Below, piece after piece: positions 41,515 to 42,117 of a stretch of 42,117 nt of DNA; position 1 is the stretch's first letter, and every line of letters starts with the position of its first letter. The stretch comes from Actinomycetota bacterium (GTDB lineage Bacteria; Actinomycetota; UBA4738; HRBIN12). The stretch lies in NCBI GenBank assembly GCA_036395715.1, contig DASWDB010000020.1, forward strand, positions 1-42,117, written 5' to 3'. Position numbers and translations under genes: made by a program. The notes below the pieces were generated by a model that did no database searches, was not told where the DNA came from, and was given only the letters and a program-made list of their open reading frames with translations.

Positions 41515-42117
41515 ATGAGCCGCGCGGAGGCGACGCAGCGACCCGGTCTCCCTCTGCTCGTGGTGGGCGTCGCCCTCCTGTCGGCCGTCCCGGCGCTCTG
41601 GCTCCGGTTCGCGACCCCGCACCTCTCGCACCCGATCGAGGCGCTGCTCTTCGGTCTGGCGATCGTCGGGGCGGCGTTCCTCCTGTCGTGGGCGGCGGAG
41701 GTGGCCCAGCTGGACATCTCCGCCGGCCTCGCGATCGCGGTGTTGGCGCTGATCGCCGTGCTCCCGGAGTACGCGGTCGACTTCGTGTTCGCATGGCAGG
41801 GCGGCGCGTCCGTCCAGCAGTACGGCGCGGCGTGCCCGGCCACCGACCCGGGCGCCGCTTCGCCGTGTTCACTCGCGCTCGCGAACATGACCGGCGCCAA
41901 CCGGCTGTTGATCGGTCTCGGCTGGACCAGCGTGGTGTTCATCGCGTGGTACCGGACGCGGCGGGTGCGCCGGGCGCTCCCGGAGGGAGCGCCGGCGCGC
42001 CCGCCGCGCTTGTCGGGGGTCGCGCTCGACCGAACCCATTCGGTCGAGCTCGCGTTCCTCGCAGTCGCGACGCTCTACTCGCTGACGCTGCCGCTGAAAT
42101 CCAGCATCACGCTGATC
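41515..42117 (+). CDS. Second cation exchanger-like membrane protein (CaCA-like), 3' end cut by window edge
   Basis: Not in the ORF track because it is unterminated. ATG 41515 gives MSRAEATQRPGLPLLVVGVALLSAVPALW...AAEVAQLDISAGLAIAVLALIAVLPEYAVDF... and the frame stays open to the window end (201 codons). TM-rich, GC3-rich, and carries a PE-type alpha-repeat-like motif. Confidence 0.6.
   Translation, partial: MSRAEATQRPGLPLLVVGVALLSAVPALWLRFATPHLSHPIEALLFGLAIVGAAFLLSWAAEVAQLDISAGLAIAVLALIAVLPEYAVDFVFAWQGGASVQQYGAACPATDPGAASPCSLALANMTGANRLLIGLGWTSVVFIAWYRTRRVRRALPEGAPARPPRLSGVALDRTHSVELAFLAVATLYSLTLPLKSSITLI

Noticed and set aside
41439-41942. Minus-strand ORFs 41439..41942 and 41498..41872
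   Set aside because: They lie antisense to the open-ended + strand exchanger-like gene, which has TM-rich, GC3-biased coding character. These ORFs are Arg/Pro/Ala-rich.
1-42117. Looked for CRISPR arrays, IS/transposase or integrase genes, tRNA/rRNA genes, and defence or toxin-antitoxin modules
   Set aside because: I saw no repeat-spacer periodicity, no terminal inverted repeats flanking a transposase-like ORF, no T-loop or cloverleaf candidates in the few intergenic gaps, and no recognisable defence-system domains. The only dense repeats are the short regulatory hexamers and the low-complexity coding stretches (the TopA tail and the Pro-rich tail).

Overview
Very GC-rich (judged by eye, not computed), densely coding chromosomal segment. 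It looks actinobacterial: a topA / MFS-tmk fusion / holB block, frequent GTG/TTG starts, and many 4-nt ATGA/GTGA stop-start overlaps. I call 30 protein-coding genes. I found no rRNA, tRNA, CRISPR or mobile element.

Layout:
(i) 1-13.2 kb, signalling block. Four tandem, translationally coupled paralogous HisKA_3 sensor kinases on the + strand converge on a fifth HisKA_3 kinase. That fifth kinase ends a minus-strand operon: REC-only regulator, ABC ATPase, double-FtsX permease, kinase. No DNA-binding response regulator lies in this block.
(ii) 13.3-22.6 kb. A Pro-rich two-TM protein, holB, the MFS-thymidylate kinase fusion, topA (zinc ribbons plus Lys-rich tail), DedA, GNAT and YihY/BrkB.
(iii) 22.6-34.4 kb, putative K+ homeostasis supercluster. 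Two KdpE-like regulators are each paired with a KdpD-type kinase, one full length and one lacking the N-terminal KdpD/Usp module. These pairs sit either side of a trkA-trkA (RCK) pair. The whole set is bracketed by two paralogous ~780-aa APC-fold permeases with long cytoplasmic tails. No kdpFABC and no trkH/ktrB is present. Periodic hexamer repeats (TTCACG, TTGACG) sit in the two divergent control regions.
(iv) 34.4-42.1 kb. An OB-fold protein, an H+-pyrophosphatase with the K+-independent signature, a DUF2254-like membrane protein, an anchored protein coupled to an LCP enzyme, and a divergent pair of CaCA exchangers.

The two most interesting candidates are the five-kinase / one REC-only array and the KdpDE-TrkA-APC permease cluster. 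The latter may be an undescribed K+ uptake system. All functional calls rest on motif recognition by eye; no database search was possible.
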